Assembly: GCA_051294375.1 (NCBI GenBank)
Contig: CM119265.1
Span: 22,394,636-22,458,635, forward strand
Reading direction: 5' to 3'
Length of the DNA: 64,000 nucleotides
From: Paraspadella gotoi
Lineage: Eukaryota > Animalia > Chaetognatha
In this document: in pieces, positions 50,790 through 64,000 of the stretch
Numbering within the stretch: the first letter of the stretch is position 1
How the letters are laid out: each line of letters opens with the position of its first letter
Notes under the pieces: model-generated
Database searches by the model: none
Told to the model about the DNA's origin: nothing
What the model saw: the letters and a program-made list of their open reading frames with translations, nothing else
Made by a program: the position numbers and the translations under genes

Positions 50790-52180
50790 ACCGAGGATGT
50801 GTTTTAAAAAGCCGGGAAACGAGTCTCATTATTCAGATTGTCTTGATCCTCGATTTAATTTTATTAATTAATTATAATTAATTTTAATTAATGAGGATGA
50901 GTAAAACCGGAAGAGTTCTCTCAGATTTTTCTGATTCTAGGGAATTAATTTTATAATTATTTAAAATTAATTTTAATTAATGAGTATGGAGTTAAATCCA
51001 GGAACGAGTTCTCTTCTCAGATTTTCCTGATCCTTCAGATTACTTTTAATTAATTATAATTAATTTTAATTAATGAGGATGAGTTAAAAATCCGGGAACG
51101 AGTCTCTTCTCAGATTTCCTTATCCTCGAATTAATTCTTAATTATTATTTAATTAATTTTAATAATGAGGATTAGTTAAAAACCGGGAAACGAGTCTCTT
51201 CTCAGATTTTCTTGAACCTCGGATTAATTCTAAGTATTATTTAATTATTTTAATTAATGAGAATGAGTTAAAAACCGAGGAACGAGTCACTTTTCAGATT
51301 TTCCTGATCCTCGATATTAATTTTAATTTTATTATTTTAATTAATTTTAGTTAATGAGGATGAGTTTTAAAAATCGGGGAACGGAGGTCCTTCTCAGATT
51401 TTCCTGATCCTCGAATTATTTAATTTATTTATTTAATTAATTTTAATTAATGAGGATTAGTTAAAAACGGGACGAGTCTCTTCTCAGTTTTCTTGAACCT
51501 CGGATTTAANNNNNNNNNNNNNNNNNNNNNNNNNATCAGATTGTCTTGATCCTCGGATTAATTTTAATTAATTAATTATTTAATTTTAATTAATGAGGAT
51601 GAGTTAAAAACCGGGAACGATTCTCTTCTCAGATTTTCCTGATTCTTGGATTAATTTTAATTAACTATTTAATTAATTTTAATTAATGAGGATGAGTTAA
51701 AATCCNNNNNNNNNNNNNNNNNNNNNNNNNNNNNNNNNNNNNNNNNNNNNNNNNNNNNNNNNNNNNNNNNNNNNNNNNNNNNNNNNNNNNNNNNNNNNNN
51801 NNNNNNNNNNNNNNNNNNNNNNNNNNNNNNNNNNNNNNNNNNNNNNNNNNNNNNNNNNNNNNNNNNNNNNNNNNNNNNNNNNNNNNNNNNNNNNNNNNNN
51901 NNNNNNNNNNNNNNNNNNNNNNNNNNNNNNNNNNNNNNNNNNNNNNNNNNNNNNNNNNNNNNNNNNNNNNNNNNNNNNNNNNNNNNNNNNNNNNNNNNNN
52001 NNNNNNNNNNNNNNNNNNNNNNNNAATGAGGATGAGTTAAAAACCGGGAACGAGTCTCTTCTCAAATTTTCTTGAACCTCGGATTAATTCTAATTAATTA
52101 TTTAATTAGTTTTAATTAATGAGGATGAGTTAAAAACCATGAACGAGTCTCTTTTCAGATTGTCTTGATCCTCGGATTAA
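50790..52180. repeat. Tandem satellite, ~93-bp unit (aatgaggatgagttaaaaaccgggaacgagtctcttctcagattttcctgatcctcggattaattttaattaattatttaattaattttaatt), >=11 visible copies, two internal gaps
   Basis: Unit recurs every ~90-97 bp. Confidence 0.92.
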
Positions 52181-52209
52181 TTTTTTTCGGGGGTCGTCCT
52201 CGAGGAGAT

Positions 52210-55200
52210 TCGGTGACCTCGTCGTCGTCCGTCGGCTTTCGACATAATATCAAATTAAATACACTGTCTCGCTTATGAACGCGAAATATTTTACTCTACA
52301 TTTCTCATCCTCTCTCTTCTCCTCTCCTCTCTCTTCTTCTCTCTCAGTCTCTCTCTCCTCTCATCTTATCTCTCCTCTTACCTCTCTCGCCCTCTCTCTC
52401 TTTTCTCTCTCCTCTTTTCTTTCTCTCTCTCTCTCTTTTACTCTCTCTCTCCTTGTATCTTCTCTTTTCTTCTATTTTCTCTGCTCTCTCTCCTCTTTTT
52501 ATCTCTCTCTCTAGTAGCTTTCTTCTCATTCTCCTCTCGTAATCTTCATTCTCCTTTTTCTTCTCAATTATTTATCTTTCTTTTAAATTCTTTCCTTTTC
52601 TTGTTTTTGATTTTTTTTTCTTTCTATTTCTTTTTTTTCTCCTTTTTTCTGTTTTTTTCTCTTTCTTTTTTTCTTTCTTTTTTCATCTTACTTTCATCTC
52701 TTCGTTCCTTTAGCTTTCTTATTCCTTTGCTTTCCTCTTTGATCGAATCTTCTCCCCTTCCTCTCTTTTCTCTCTCCTCTTTCTCTTTATCTGACTCTTA
52801 CTTCTCTTCATTTTCACTATCTCCTTATCTTCACTCTCTCTTCATTCTATTCCTCTTCTCAATCCTCTCTATTCTCTTCTTGCTCGTCTTTGGCTGTCTT
52901 ATTACTTCTTTCTCTCTCTCCTCCTGGACAGTGGAAACACATTCAATATAAAAAGCCATTTACGATCTGAATATCCAGACTTACTATCGCCACCAGCACC
53001 ATCTCATCGCGAAAAAAAAGAAGTTGAAAAGATTGCCCATGCTTGTCTTTAACATCCACTTCAATTTAACAAGGACGTTAATTACTTTTTCTGACAAAAA
53101 GTGTAGTTGACAAAAGTTCTCATGAAAGAAAACAGCTTACTTTAATATTTACCAGTTTCAAAGAATTGGTAATATAAAAAAGTAAGGAAATTTTATAAAA
53201 CCTAATATGTACTCGCTTTATTAACCTGCGAATCAAAAAAAATTATTCATTTGAGATGTATTTATATCTTATTGTCTCATTCTTCAACACTTCCCAAACA
53301 TAGTCAAACACGTGAGTCGTTTGCGTTTTCTTTACAACAATGTCAACACCAGAAGTTCTTGTACCTTATGTGTTTCCATTTTTCCTTTTACTTTATTTGC
53401 CTTTCCCAATCCCCCACTTTCTTCTCTTTTTTTTTTTCTATTCTTTTTCTAGTCCCTCTTACCTGTTTCTCCCTCCCACTTTCTACGAACAAAAAACAAG
53501 GCGGTAACTTCAATCTTTCCCCACCAACGTCAGTACAATCTTAGATAGTCCACAGTATGAAAAGAAAATATTAAAAATACCGGAAAACAAAGTTTTTCTT
53601 TTTTTGGTTGCCGTGTTCCATACCATTCCACTCTACAAACTATTATGTTCTTTTTTTTTTCATTCCTATTTTTTTGCCGGCTGACTGAGTCTGTTGTAGC
53701 CAATAGGCGGAATCTCTTGGTCTTTAGTTTTCACTATCTTTTGGCGGTTTCACTATTTTTTTCACTCATCTTCCTTTCTTCCGCTCGAAGAGCACAAATG
53801 AAGGCGCATATCACAGGCTTAATTTCTTTTCCTTTCTTGCTTATTTCTGATCATTAGATGATTTACTTTGAACCACACAATATTTCCAGCTGCTTAAGTG
53901 CTCTCATATTCTAAATCTTTATTGCTAAGCTGATAGAGGGGAAACCGCTCCTACTGTTGGGATATGTCGTCGTTCGTGTTCTGTCGTCGTCCTGTCGTTC
54001 TCTGGTCCAGTTGTCGCCTGTTCTCTTCGTTCTCGATTCGTAGTCGATCTGGTCCTTTTTAGTCACGTTCTGTCCTTCCTTTCTAACGTTACCTACTAGC
54101 TTTGTATTTGTTTTGTTCTTAACTCCGCTTTTCTCGCCTGCTACTCTTAAACCAGTCTCTGGCTTTCTTTCATATTTTAATCTTTCATGTTTTTTCTTTC
54201 TTTTTTTTTCTTTCCTTTTTACTTTTTTACTTCTTTTTCCACTTATTTTTTTTTTCGTATCATCTTTTACCCAGTTTTTTATTCTTTTTTTTTTATCTTC
54301 TAATAATTTTTTCTATCTCTTTTCTCTTTTTCTTTTCTTCTTTTCGTTTATATTTTGGTCGCTGTTTACTCTTCAATATACTTTTCTTTATATTTTATTA
54401 TATCTTTCTTATATTTTCATTAATGTTCTTCACATTTTTTGTATTAAGCTTTGCCATTCTTGGTTATTGTTTTATTAATAATATATACTGATTATATCCT
54501 TACATTATTCTCTTGCTACTTTGTTATAATTTAAACTTCGTATCTACGCTCCATATACTTCTTTTTATCTTTTTTTTTTTTTGAGAAATCTCAGTAAAGA
54601 GAAAATAAAAAACAAAAAAATCTAACAAAAAAAAAAGGATTATCATCGGTTCTCGGATGCAATAGAGTGTGGTTATCATATCGCTAATACTTATTACCAT
54701 AAGACGTATTTTTATCTGAGTATTCTTTTCATACGGTCTTAATCTCTCTTTCTTTACGTTGTTCTTTGGTCTTCTTTTCTTTTGTTTCTATTTAGGTCAT
54801 CCCGTCTTCTTTTCTTTATATCTTCTTTGTATTTAATATCCTTCTTTCTTCTTTTTTTTTTTATCTCTTCTGACCCTTCCTATTCTAGTTATGATTTTAT
54901 TTTGAGGTCTTTATTCCTACTTGCTGTCTTCTCAATTCTTATGGCGCATATTTCTTATTGGTGATCTACTTTTCGCATACACTACTGTTTTCTACGCTGG
55001 AATGGTTTATTGTCTAGTCACTTTTGTTCATTATGATGTTTTTTTATTTCTTTTATATATCTTTGTTCTTTTTCTTTGTGCGTTCATTACCTTCCTCTTT
55101 TTTCCCTTTTTTCTTATCCGTCTCCCTCCCCCCATACTCTCTTTTTTTTTTTTTTTCTAAATATTCCTGTCCTTTTACCGCTAGCTCCATTCTTGAGTTT

Positions 55201-58200
55201 TACCTTCCTCAGTCTGCCTTTACTTCTCTTTACCGCTCCTACACATCCTTTTTTCTTGTTCCCTCCACTTCATCGTTTCTTATCTTACCCCCCTTTTCTT
55301 TTTTCTTTAACCCTATGTCCCGACACCTCGCCTCCCCTTCCCCATAATGGTAGGCGAGGAGTCAGATCCTTTTTTTCCTTCTTTGGTTTCTTTTATTTAG
55401 TGTGGAGGTTTTTCTTATAGCCTTTAAATTTGGCGGTGTTTCCATCTTATTTTCCTCCGCCGTGCCATATCCCAAATGGTAGGGGGCCGCGGTTCCTTCC
55501 GGGGCTTCTGGTTTCTCCTCCTACCAGCCCCACACCATCTCTTCCTCCCTTACCCGGCACGCTTCTCCTTGCTTGCCCGGCTCAACTTTCTCTTATCTAT
55601 CAATCCAACTCCAATTTTCTCTTAGTAGTCTTCGTCCCTTCATAGACTCACCCTCGCCCGCGGAAACTTTTAGTACCGTTGATTTATTGTCTCGTTAGTT
55701 ATTATTCTCTATTCCCTTTTACACATGCTAAGATGGACTAAAGAGTATTGTCTTAACCTCCTTCCACTAGTCGGGGCTCTCACATCCTATCCCTATATAT
55801 AATAACTTCTTTCAGTCCAGTTCCTCAACACCATCGGCGGGCGGCGCGCGGGGCGGGCCGGGCTACCGTAAAACCGACGGGAAATCTGTGTGGCGGAGCG
55901 GTAGGGGGGCCGAGCGGCGAACGCCAACCCACACCTTTACCGCCAGCAGCAGACACTATCCCGCTGCTCGCGTCGACGATGCGAGACTTGTGGCAAGATA
56001 ACGCGGAGACTCCAGACACATCGGAACCGGTGAGTTTGAGGAAAGAATAAAGAGATGGAGGGATGCTAATGTAATGTTGGCTGGGTAATTATTGGGATCT
56101 CTCTATCTACTCTTGTCATCTCCTCATCTGCATCTCTCAATCTCTCTCGTCATCTCTTCGATCTCTCATCTCTCATCTCTCTCTCTTCACTCTCTCATCT
56201 CTCTCTCTCTCTCTCCTACGATTTAAAGATTAAATATTATAAAGAATTGTAAGATTAAGAATATAAGAATTAAGGATTCAAGATTTTAAAGATTTTTAAA
56301 GATTTAAGATTAAGATTTTAAGATTTTAAGATTTTAAAGATTTTAGATTTTAAGATTTTAAGATTTAAGATAAACTAATTATATTAAAAAATTTAAATAT
56401 TATTTTAAAACGACGTTGAAAACTTGAAAGCGCAAAAGAAGACGAGTGACCGTCGCAGGCGATGATTGACACCTCGCACGGGTTGAGGGTCAGAATGAGA
56501 ACAAAGGGCCGTGACGGCAATGAACGGGCGCGGGCGTGGCCGGGGGACGGCGTCGGTGGGCGGGGTTCGCTTTATAATTTCATCTCTGACCCAGAAACTG
56601 ATGAACGCGGTGACGCGCGAGGCAGGGTTATCCATACGCGATAGAGAGAGAGGGAGAGAGAGTTAATTCTCCTTCTCTATCTTTTCTCTCATCTCTGCCT
56701 CTTATTTCTCTCTCCTAGTTCTCCTCTCTCTCGTCACTCTCTCTCTCCTCTCTCGATCTCATCTCTCTCTCCATCGTCTGGTCCTGCTCTCGCTCTCTCT
56801 ATCTTTCAGTCTTTTCCTCCTTTTATCTCTTTCTCTTCATTGTTTACGCTGCTCTCTATCTCGTTTCCTCTATCTGTTCTCTCCTCCATATCGTCGGTTC
56901 GCTTTTTTTTTCCCTTTTTCCCTTTTCTCTTCTCTCCTTACTCTCCTCATCTCTTTCTCATCTATCATCTTTCCTCTCCTCCGTCTCTCTCCCTCTCTCT
57001 TTCTTCTCCTTTCTCTCCCTCTCTCTTTCTTCCTCCCTCTCAATCTCCCTCATCGCTTCTCCTCCCTCTCTCTCCCGTACTCGCTCTTTCCCTCCTCCCT
57101 CTCCCTCTCTTTTTCTCGCCTCCCTCTCTCTCCCCCTCGTCTTTCTCTCCTTTCCCTACCCTTCCTTCTTTTTGTTCCTTTGAAAGAAGCCAAGGAACGC
57201 GAGATAGACTCTCTCTGGCCGTCCACGACTTTCCCCCTTTTATTAATAAGATGAAGCATTTAGAAGAATGTCAAGGGAAAATGATTGAATATCTGCAATC
57301 TTTTTTTTTTTATCTGCGCGAGGCGCCCTCAAGACGAAGCGACGCGCACGCTTCCTTTTTCATTATCTTTTTTATAGCTATTTTTGCCCCTCTTTTTAAT
57401 TTATTGTTTCCCTCGATCAAACAAAATTTGATTTGATTATATGTATTCATTGATCGCCAGACTCGTTCATCGAAACATATGATCTTTTGTTGTAATTTTT
57501 TTTTTTGTTTGATTGTTTTTTTTAATTAAAAAGGTCACAATTAAAAAGAAAATTAAAAGCCATCTTGACTTTAACCTTATCCCGAGTTAAATTCTTTTAT
57601 TTTATTCGATTTATTTTCTATTTACCCAATCATATTTTTTTTTTTCTCGGTTTTATGTCTGTTATCCATTTTATCAATCCTCCTGTTCTTCCTCAATTCT
57701 TTTCTATCATCATTTTTTTTTTGAACCCTATAACAAATAATTCTTTATATAGTGTCTATAAACTAATCTATAACTAAAACTAAACCTCTGTATCTTCTTT
57801 CGTTCACCCTCCTTTCCCCCTACATATCCCTTCCCTTCCTCCTCATTCCCCCCTTCCTGCCTCATTTCCCTTCTCTCCTTCCTCAACCTTTCCCTCCACG
57901 AATGTCCGCCCTTCTTCCCCTCTCGACTTCATCCTTAGACAACTTCTCCACTCTTCCACCTATCTTCCCACCCCGTTCCACACCTCCACCTTCACCACTC
58001 ATTTCCCCTATCTTCTCCTCATATCCCACCCTTCCCCTCCTTCCCTCCTCTCCCCCTCCTCCCCCTTCCACCTCCTTCCCACCAATTTTCCTCCCTCTTC
58101 CCCCACTTCCACTCCTTCCACTCATTCCTCACTTGCCCCCCTCCCCTCTCTTTCCCCCCTTCCTTTTTCTTTACACCCTCATTTCCCTAGATTCCTTCCT

Positions 58201-61200
58201 CCCATATTCCCCACCTTTACCACACCTTCCGTTCCCCCCCTGCTATGCCACCATGTTACAGCTTCCTCTCCTTCCCGCCTCCTTACCCAACTTCAATTCT
58301 CCATCTCCTTCCCTATATTGCCCACTCTTCATAGTCTTTCCTCTAATACGACTCCCTTTCCCTCCATCTCCTCATCACCCCCCCCTGCCCCTTCCACTCC
58401 TCATTCCCGACTTTCCTCCCCCACTTTTTCCCCTCCTTCCCCCCGCTTCCCACTTCATGTCCCCTCGCCTTTCCTGCGCTCATATCCCTCATACCCTCTC
58501 ACCCCTCCCTCTCCTTCCTCCTCTTTCCACCCTTGCCCTTTCCTCTCCTGCCCTCTTTCTCTCCTCTTTTCCCACTCCTTTTCCCCTCTTTCTCCCCTAC
58601 ATTCCTCATCCATCCGCCCTTCCCCCTTCCCCACTCTCCCGCACTTCATCCTCATTTCCCACCCCCTTCTGCGCGTCCCTTTCCATCTCCCTCTGCCCTT
58701 CCCCCCCCTCCCCTTCCTCTCCCCCTGATTGTCCTCTCTTTTCCCTCATTTTCCGTCCACTTTATCCATTCCTCCTCATTGCCCCTTCCCCCCTCACTTC
58801 CCCCCTTACCACCTTTTCGCATTTTTTTCCCTTCCTCCCTTCCTTCCTCTTCCCTTCCCCCCGTCGCCCTACATCCCGCCCTTCCCCCTTTCTCCTCATT
58901 TTTACCCATCTACTTAGGCCTTCCATACATGTCCCCTCATTTACCGCTTCCCCTTCCTCACCTATCCCTCTCACTCTCTTCGTCCCATCGCGACCTCAAG
59001 AAGGCGGTGGGGGCTGGGTGGACATTGCAATTCGCGGTCTCACCGGGAAGGCGAGTAGATTTCCCGCCGCATAGCAACGGGTGGAGGTCACGCCTCCTTA
59101 TCACATCACCACGATCACGCGAGACGGTGGGATCTGGAGGAGCGAGCGATGAGGAGGGAGGAGGAGGGAGGGGTGGAAGACTTAACGCGCATTAGCGGAT
59201 GCCGTCCTGTCGCTGACTGCCAACAACGTCGAGACCGGGTCGTTCAGTTTTGGGCTCGCAGTCGGGCCCGGGCTTTCGCCTGCGCCCCGGGCTCGCACGA
59301 TGATCAGTGTGAGGTTATCGGGAGTTTTTTGCTTCGAGGATGGAATCTCGGAGGTGGGTTTTTCTTTTTTTGGGGGGTGGGCGAAGTGGGATGATTGGGG
59401 GGTTTATTTGTTATTGAAGGAAGAAAAAAATTGTTTTTGTTGTTCTTTGCTTGTGAAGCATTCCTTTTGATTGCTTGCTTAACAATCAAATCGTTATTTT
59501 TTTTTTGTGTTTTTAAATCTTCCTGTACGTGTAAGACAATATAGAAAAAGAGATAAAACCGCTTCTGCTTTTGCTGCGGTGGTATCTTTCTCGTTTCTTC
59601 GTCCTGGCTCAGGGTGTCGCAAACTAACAGCCGCTTCCGATCTTTTATATGTTCGAAAATCACAAATAAAAGGTGAATATGACAGTAAAAGAGGTAAACG
59701 CGATGGTAACAGCTTTTTTATTCTTTTCCCTTTCTTTCTCTTTTCTCGTTCTTAACGACCTGCTTTGATGGGATTCGTATAATCTACTTTTTCTTTCTTC
59801 TGTGTTGGTCGGTGGCATCCCTTTGAGGAAACAGTTTCTCTTTTCTCCCTCTTGGTCTTTCACTATTTTTCTCTCTCTTCGTCTTCTTTTCTTCTTTTTT
59901 TTTGTTTTCTTTCCTTTCCCTCTTTTCTTCTTTTTCTCTTTTTTTCTTTCTTTTCTTCTCGGTTGTCTTTTTTCTTTTCTTTTTTTTTATTTTTTCTTTT
60001 CTCCTTCTCTCTTCTTCTTCTCTCCTCCCCAAGCCCGCGTCCTAAAAAACTGACCGCAGCCTCGGCGAATGTTTTCATCATCAATAGAAGGGAATTCGCC
60101 ATCCCCGTCCATGCCGTAGCGCGTGAATGAGGTTCCTTATTTTAAATTACATTTTAAAAATGAATATACGGGGCTTCGACTTTGTTGCTCTGTGGTGCGT
60201 TCATTGTTGTCTTCTTTTTGTACATCTCGTTATTTTGCTTAAACGCCAACAGGACTTCGCCTTTCCTTTCTTGTTATCTTTGTCTTTCGTTTCCTTTCAG
60301 TATATTCGTACTGTTTCCCCCAGGCCTATATTTTGTTTTACACTTCTTACAATATTAGTTTTTTTTTTTTTTCCTGCTTATGGTTACATTTTTTGGGTCA
60401 ATGCCTCACAAATACCTCACAACCACTAACTTTTAGATAATAATCTGGGTATCGGCTATTCACGGACTGGCAACTCCGTCTTCTTCCACTACTCACCCCG
60501 TGGCCTCTTGTAGGTCCTTTACACACTAATCTCATATTTATTACTACTTTTTTCTTCTTTCCCGTTTACATATTATCATATACTACCTCATTTATATCTC
60601 TCACTCCTCTTACCCTCCAATTTTTTCTCTATATTTCCGCTCCTACAAAGTAGTTAACTTCTTTAAAAAAAATTAAAGCAAAAGTATCCTCCTTCTCTCT
60701 CATTCTTCTTCCCCCCTCCCTCTTTCTCCTCTTCTTCTCTTTCTCGTCTCATCTCCTCGTCTCTCTCCATTCGCTCTCTCTCTCTCTCTTCTCCCTCTCT
60801 CTCTTCTCCTTTCCCTCGATCCTCACTTCTCTCATCTCCTCTCTCTCTCATCCTCTCTCTCTCTCTCTCTCCTCTCGTCTCACCTCTCATCTCCGCCTTC
60901 TTTGCCCCAAATTAAATTGCATTTTTCAACAATTTTTTTCTTCGTTTTCCCCGCCCGAGAAAAAAAAAGCAAACAGCAAAATTTCGTTAACTGGCCTTAC
61001 AATACTACTAAATAATTTTATTTTTCTTTAAACCACGTTTTCTTAATAACCCTTTTATTTTTTCTCCTTCCACCCCCGATCGCAAACCCAATACAAAACA
61101 ACACCATTACATACCCACCGTAATTGCCCCACGGACGTTCTCACTCATGTCCCCGTTTCACTCGCGCCGGTCGAACATTTGAAAAAAAAAAAAAAACAAT

Positions 61201-64000
61201 GAACAAACGTTACATCCACCCCTTTTTTTAATTTATAAACCGTGGGTCACTCTACTTATAACTGCAAAATGTTTGTTGTCTCAACCTTCTCCCCCGGCCC
61301 ACGCATCTCCTCACCTCCCCTATTTCGCTGAATCTTACACTTATTAAAGCCGCACGTATCCTTTCCCCGCGACTATCGGTTATCGTCGTAATTCCTTACC
61401 TTAGTTATCATCCCTCGCCTTCGAATCGACAATGGAATTTACTCGGCGGCGCCTCGTGACTTTTACGTCTGCTCTTCTTCCTCTCCAATTCCTCTCTCCA
61501 ATTTCTTCCGCCTTTTTATTAATCCAGTTTCACGTTTTATACTTTTTTTTTTCCATATTCGAAATTGATCCCACACGCGGCGTTTCCCTCGCTGTTTCAC
61601 GCAATTTGGTTTCTCTCTTCACTCCTTTGTCCGCGCGCGACCTGGATCGTCCGCGCGCAGCCTTTTCGTTCCTTCAGGCGGAGCCGTCTTCGCAATCGAC
61701 GCCGCGACGCCGTCGTCGCCCCAGCGGGCAGCGAAGAGACGTCGGGCCTCGGAAAGACTCGGCCTCTCCGTCGCCGTCAATCGTCGCCGCGACGCAAGCA
61801 GCGCCGACGCCTCCTGCTCGAGCGCCTCGGCGACACTCCTCTACCGCAAACATCCCTTCCGCCGGCAGCTCTCACTCCGTTCCGCTACCCCCTTCAAGAA
61901 GTAGACATCCGCGCCGTCGCCGCCATCCGCCGCGCCGCCTGCATCGCCTCGCCGGCCCGATCGCGTAACGACTCTACCGCGACTCCCCGCCGTCGTCGTG
62001 CACCGCGACGGCCGAGGAGGCGCGTCGTCCACGCTGCGGCCGGCTGGACGCGAGCGAAATCTGACTATCGCACTATACGACGACGTCCGTCTTCCGACGT
62101 TCGGACGCCTCCGACGACGTCCGGCGAGATTGCCGCTCCGAAGCCGCACGGTCACCGGTCTTAACTCACCCCCGGGCGTTCGGGATCTACGACGCCGGTT
62201 CCATTCTACCATGCGATGGTTGCCCTTACCACGCCACGACGCCAGGTCGACCGCTCGCCGCCACGGCCCCGCACCGGCGGTGGAACCACTCCAGCGTCAA
62301 CGACGCACGGCCGATCACAGGTGGGGAACGCCGATTCGAAGCGCCGCCCGCTGTCGCCGCCGCTGTCGCCTCCGCCGCGGACGCCGCCGATGTCGCCTTC
62401 CCCAGAATTCTCCGCTCAATCTATGTCGCAAAGAACGAAAGACGAGACAAGACGACCGGACGATAACGACTGACGACGACGGGCCGCGACGATCGACGAT
62501 GAACCCAGTTGAGGCAGTTGGAGTTGTTCAATTCGTACTATGACCCGAACGTCAAGTGAGATGCAAGTCAGCGTAGCGTCGTTTTTAAAAATCTTCTTTA
62601 GTTTTGAAAAACAAAAAAATTTTTACCCTTTAAAAGACGTTTTTTAAACTGTTATGAGTTATAGCGTGAAAGATCTCGTCTGAGATAAAATAAAAAAATC
62701 TAGTCTATCGCATGACTTGATGAAACCAATCAGTCACTATTAGATAATCATCATTTGGTTTCGATTGATTTAGTCCCGAAGAGAAATGTTTGTTTCTTAA
62801 TCGATATAACAATACAAAAATACAAATTAATCGATAATCGAGGCTAAAAAACTTCAGTTGCCAAACTTCAAAAGTTCAAATATTCAGGTATCGTCAAATT
62901 TTCCCGCTTTTTTTTTCATCCCTTTTCCTCCACCATTTTTTTTCTCCCCTATTTTTCCATTTCGCCCTAAAACTATTTTTTTTTTTAATCGCTTTCGTTT
63001 CAACCAAACGAAAACAGATCTGTACTTCACATCATTTCACCGCTTGATACGTATCAGCGCTTTTCTGTGAGTCACTCTCTCTCCTTGCGCCTTCTCTCTC
63101 TCTCTCTCTCTCTCTCCGTGTTCTCTCTCTCTTCTCTCATCTCTCTCTCTCTCTCCTCTCTCTACTCTCTCTTTCTCACATCTCTCTCTCTCTCCCTCTA
63201 TTGTTATCCAATTATTTACCTTTCCGTTTCTCTGGACTGTAACATTGTAACATCAGCCTGAATGCATTGAACCGTCAAACACAAATTAATCCAATTAATA
63301 CGCTAATACCTTAATCTTGGTGCATACATAGCATATGCGGCTATCATATTAACGCATTTCATTTTGTAGTCTTTCCCTAACGCTTTAGTATATAGATCAA
63401 ATAGCTTGTCATTAAACCCCGGCGATTCCAAACGCTTTCCTCTTTCTCGGCAATGAGCTTCCTAATCGCGATCGCATTGATAATCTGGTGCTTAACTTAA
63501 AAATCTGTAGAAATACAGGGTTATAGTATTTGTGGGATTTTTAAAAGATATCCCTATTCATCACGAAAATCCAAAAAGGATTATTTTTAAAATTGTTACG
63601 AACGAGAGTAGCTAAGCCGAGCGCGGACATGTAAGAAACTATTTTGGTTCTATAAATATATATAGCTTTTTAAAATTAAAAAAATTTTTAATCCAAAGTT
63701 CCTTTGTCCACGGGTGCCTTTAGGTCCGCGTCGTTATAGTTTTAATAAACGAGTTTAAGTCCTTAAACTTTTTTCAAACTCAGGATTCGTTTCTTCAATG
63801 AGTCAGAGAATCGAAACGAGATCCACTGGTTCGCTCTTCTTTTAATTTTTTTAACAAAACTTTTTTTGTTCCACATGTATTTAATTAAATACGATCCAGT
63901 TTGATCTCCTCGACTTTACTTTAAACGACTTTGTCCGCCGATCGTCGCGCCATCTTTCTTCAGATTCTTGTAACGTCGCCCGCCATTTTGTTTTTTCTCC
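52210..64000 (+). other. Error-rich second copy of 42300-50254 (includes broken copies of BRSK exons at ~55345-56029, ~59001-59300, ~61565-62570); probable assembly artefact
   Basis: Collinear landmarks (cagtggaaa..cacat 42781 vs 52929; TTTAAGA array; CCCCTT tract; big exon; tacgatccagtttgatctc ~50150 vs ~63890); copy is inflated by scattered insertions; junction lies in a gapped satellite. Confidence 0.85.

Noticed and set aside
50790-52180. CRISPR-like alternation of conserved core and spacer
   Set aside because: The spacers are near-identical A/T-only sequence rather than unique, the context is a eukaryotic intron, and there are no cas genes
57902-59074. 390-aa Pro-rich ORF (and 45767-46372 part of the 257-aa ORF)
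   Set aside because: Translation of the CCCCTT tract and its noisy duplicate, not an extensin-like gene
61432-62570. Second paralogous gene or pseudogene with several Arg/Pro-rich ORFs
   Set aside because: Frameshifted copy of exon 48034-48921 inside the probable false duplication

Overview
Eukaryotic (metazoan, probably protostome invertebrate) genomic DNA from a draft assembly: AT-rich, microsatellite-saturated introns with short GC-rich exons and 12 N-gaps. Almost all long ORFs in the supplied track are translations of simple repeats or Ns. The main feature is the middle part of a large multi-exon + strand gene for a BRSK/SAD-1 family (AMPK-related) Ser/Thr kinase. Its exons run from the end of the kinase domain and the UBA domain (19698-19894, 27747-27999) through a greatly expanded low-complexity linker (36164-36238, 43931-44188, 46373-46619, 48034-48921) to the conserved [22 protein letters not shown] block (50276-50354). 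The catalytic and KA1 exons are not visible in the window. A complete two-exon RRM RNA-binding protein gene (29766-31216, - strand) is nested antisense in one kinase intron. Its short 3' UTR carries a triplicated U4-8AUUGA(U)UGUAGUU module that combines CPE-like and Musashi-type (GUAGU) elements ahead of an AAUAAA, which is the most interesting signal here. Two tandem 'duplications' (6.8-8.9 kb vs 9.2-11.5 kb, and 42.3-50.25 kb vs 52.2-64 kb) look like uncorrected long-read gap-fill artefacts. Also present are a 145-bp TTAA-flanked hairpin element, two satellites with internal dyad symmetry, and several low-confidence orphan exons. I see no prokaryotic-type system (CRISPR, operon, defence island).
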